From assembly GCA_010093705.1 (NCBI GenBank), contig MU006106.1:1-64000 (forward strand): 64,000 nt of DNA, written 5' to 3'. The notes beneath the pieces are model-generated. The model searched no databases, had not been told where the DNA came from, and was given only the letters and a program-made list of their open reading frames with translations. Numbering within the stretch: the first letter of the stretch is position 1; every line of letters begins with the position of its first letter. Source of the DNA: Patellaria atrata CBS 101060 (taxonomy: Eukaryota). This document shows, in pieces, positions 62,385-64,000 of the stretch. Both the position numbers and the translations under genes were made by a program.

Positions 62385-63382
62385 CCTCCCTTCAACTCTT
62401 CCATTGTCGTATTGTCACAAAGGTGGACAGACAAGTCTCCATCGGAGCAATTCTTTCCCGCTCCCGGCCACTCGCAAGCGTTGCCCAATACGAACAATAA
62501 GGTAATTGAGGGGATTGTTCTCGTATATGGATTTGAACTGCTACCTTACTGCTAAGGCCAAGGTATGCTCAAGTGCTGAATTCATTCTTAGCCGAGGAGA
62601 AGGGATGTGATGCCTCGGTAACTCACGAGCAAGGTAACAGCAGAATTATCTTATGTAGTACTACACTCTGTTGCTCCTTCTCCTAATACCGTAAACCGAT
62701 GTCTGATATAGAGTGAATCGGGCAACATCGGATTCAACTTTAAGTTAGCGTTCCCTTCTCAGAAGATCAGATAATAAGGTAATAATGCAACCAGTTCCTA
62801 TTAGCTTAATAAAGTAAAGGATCCTGCCTCGTCTAATTGACAAGCACGTGCAACTTACGAGGTACGCACAATCAACCTCATGCACGCTTGTGGGGAGGAA
62901 AGAGGAAGTGGAGGCCCGACAGGCTCTCCTCTCCTCTTTCCTTATCCATGCAAATGGTCAGACTTGGAAAGGGCTTTTGGAGGAGCGCTTTCCATTTTCC
63001 ATTTTCCACTTTCTAACTTTCCATCTACCCATACCTTAAGGTTAGCTACTTCCGTGCGCACATACCACCTCCCACATCTACCTTAGTACTAGTAGATCAC
63101 ACCCACTTCATACTGCACTTTACCTTATTACTCCTGGATCCCTTGGATCCTACCCGGACCTTACTAAGTTGCTGTAAATAATACCCGCGTGGATGGATAA
63201 TCCCGACATCTCAAGCTAAGGTAAGGTATCCATCCCAAGGTAAGGTATTTATAAGGCTTGTATCCCATCCACGGTCTCCTTCAAAATGTTTTATAAAGGT
63301 AAGGTAACTACCGTAATTAGTCTTAGTTTTCCATAAACTTTATTTTTCTATTCCATACCTTATCTTGAATAAAATAAAGTCA

Positions 63383-64000
63383 ATGGCCACCTCCCTCCTC
63401 ATCCTCCTTTCCTTACTTCCATCATATATCCTTTACCTCTATATCAATCGCCTCCTGCGTCTGCGCCGAGAACGGCTCGCAGCGAAAAGACTCCATTGCC
63501 AGCACCCGCCATTCATTCGCAACAGATGGCCCTTTGGTCTCGAAGGAATCGGCGAGTTGAAAGCAGCAGACGAAGGTAAATACCTTCCCGACTGCTTCTT
63601 GGAGCGGCACTATGCCGTCGCCCGTCAAGAGGGAAAGGACTACGTTGCCACCATCGCCAAGTGGTTTTGCGGCCAGTATTTGCTGCAGACGACAGACCCC
63701 GAACTGATCAAAGCCGTCCTGGCCACGCAGTTCAAGGAGTTTGGCTTGGGAGAGGCGAGGATTGGGAACTTCAAGCCCTTGTTGGGGAATGGGATTGTGA
63801 GTTTTCTTTCGATCGTTGGTTTCATTTCGATTCAGATGTTCTCCCGTTGCTTCATCCTCATGTGAGTGAACCGAGAAAACCTATTCTGCACTTTGATTAG
63901 ACTCCTTGCTGTCATCTCATCTCTTCTTCAAACCTGTCTTCTTGATACATCGACTATCAATTCCGATTAACTGGTTGCAGATGCTGATTATCACACGCAG
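63383..64000 (+). CDS. CYP52-like cytochrome P450, 5' part (runs off window)
   Basis: N-terminal TM anchor, RWPFGL, TTDPELIKAVLATQFKEFGLG..R...FKPLLGNGI, followed by a GTGAGT donor at ~63797. Confidence 0.85.

Noticed and set aside
62180..62555. ORFs with ERERER / LSLSLS runs
   Set aside because: Translation artefacts of the (TC)n microsatellite.
1..64000. tRNA/rRNA genes, transposase or reverse-transcriptase ORFs, PKS/NRPS backbone genes
   Set aside because: None recognisable by eye. tRNAscan-SE, Infernal and RepeatMasker would be needed to exclude small or decayed ones.

Overview
Intron-containing filamentous ascomycete (Pezizomycotina-type) nuclear DNA. There are two intact housekeeping blocks: about 27-43 kb (Cys-rich orphan, GPI1, NUP159, proteasome beta2/PUP1, ARP4, GUP1) and about 53-64 kb (GH17 glucanase, HAUS1-like, PCM1, SMC4, start of a CYP52-like P450). 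They alternate with accessory or decaying islands. The 0-26 kb island holds a Zn2Cys6 TF, a DUF1996 protein, a minisatellite with a solo LTR, a KstD-like flavoprotein, an AT-hook protein, a divergent AflR-like pair, an extended SDR and three pseudogenes (NLR, AsaB/CmcJ-like, hypothetical). The 44-52 kb island holds a dead P450, TF and MFS trio. The best leads are two candidate translational recoding events. (1) An otherwise intact 603-codon KstD-like gene has a single in-frame TAG in a CAG-TAG-CAA-CCA context, matching the UAG-CARYYA readthrough consensus, at a position where Trp is expected. (2) An ACG-initiated, presequence-like 36-aa N-terminal extension precedes PCM1. All family assignments are from motif recognition by eye. 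No searches were run, and pseudogene boundaries are approximate.
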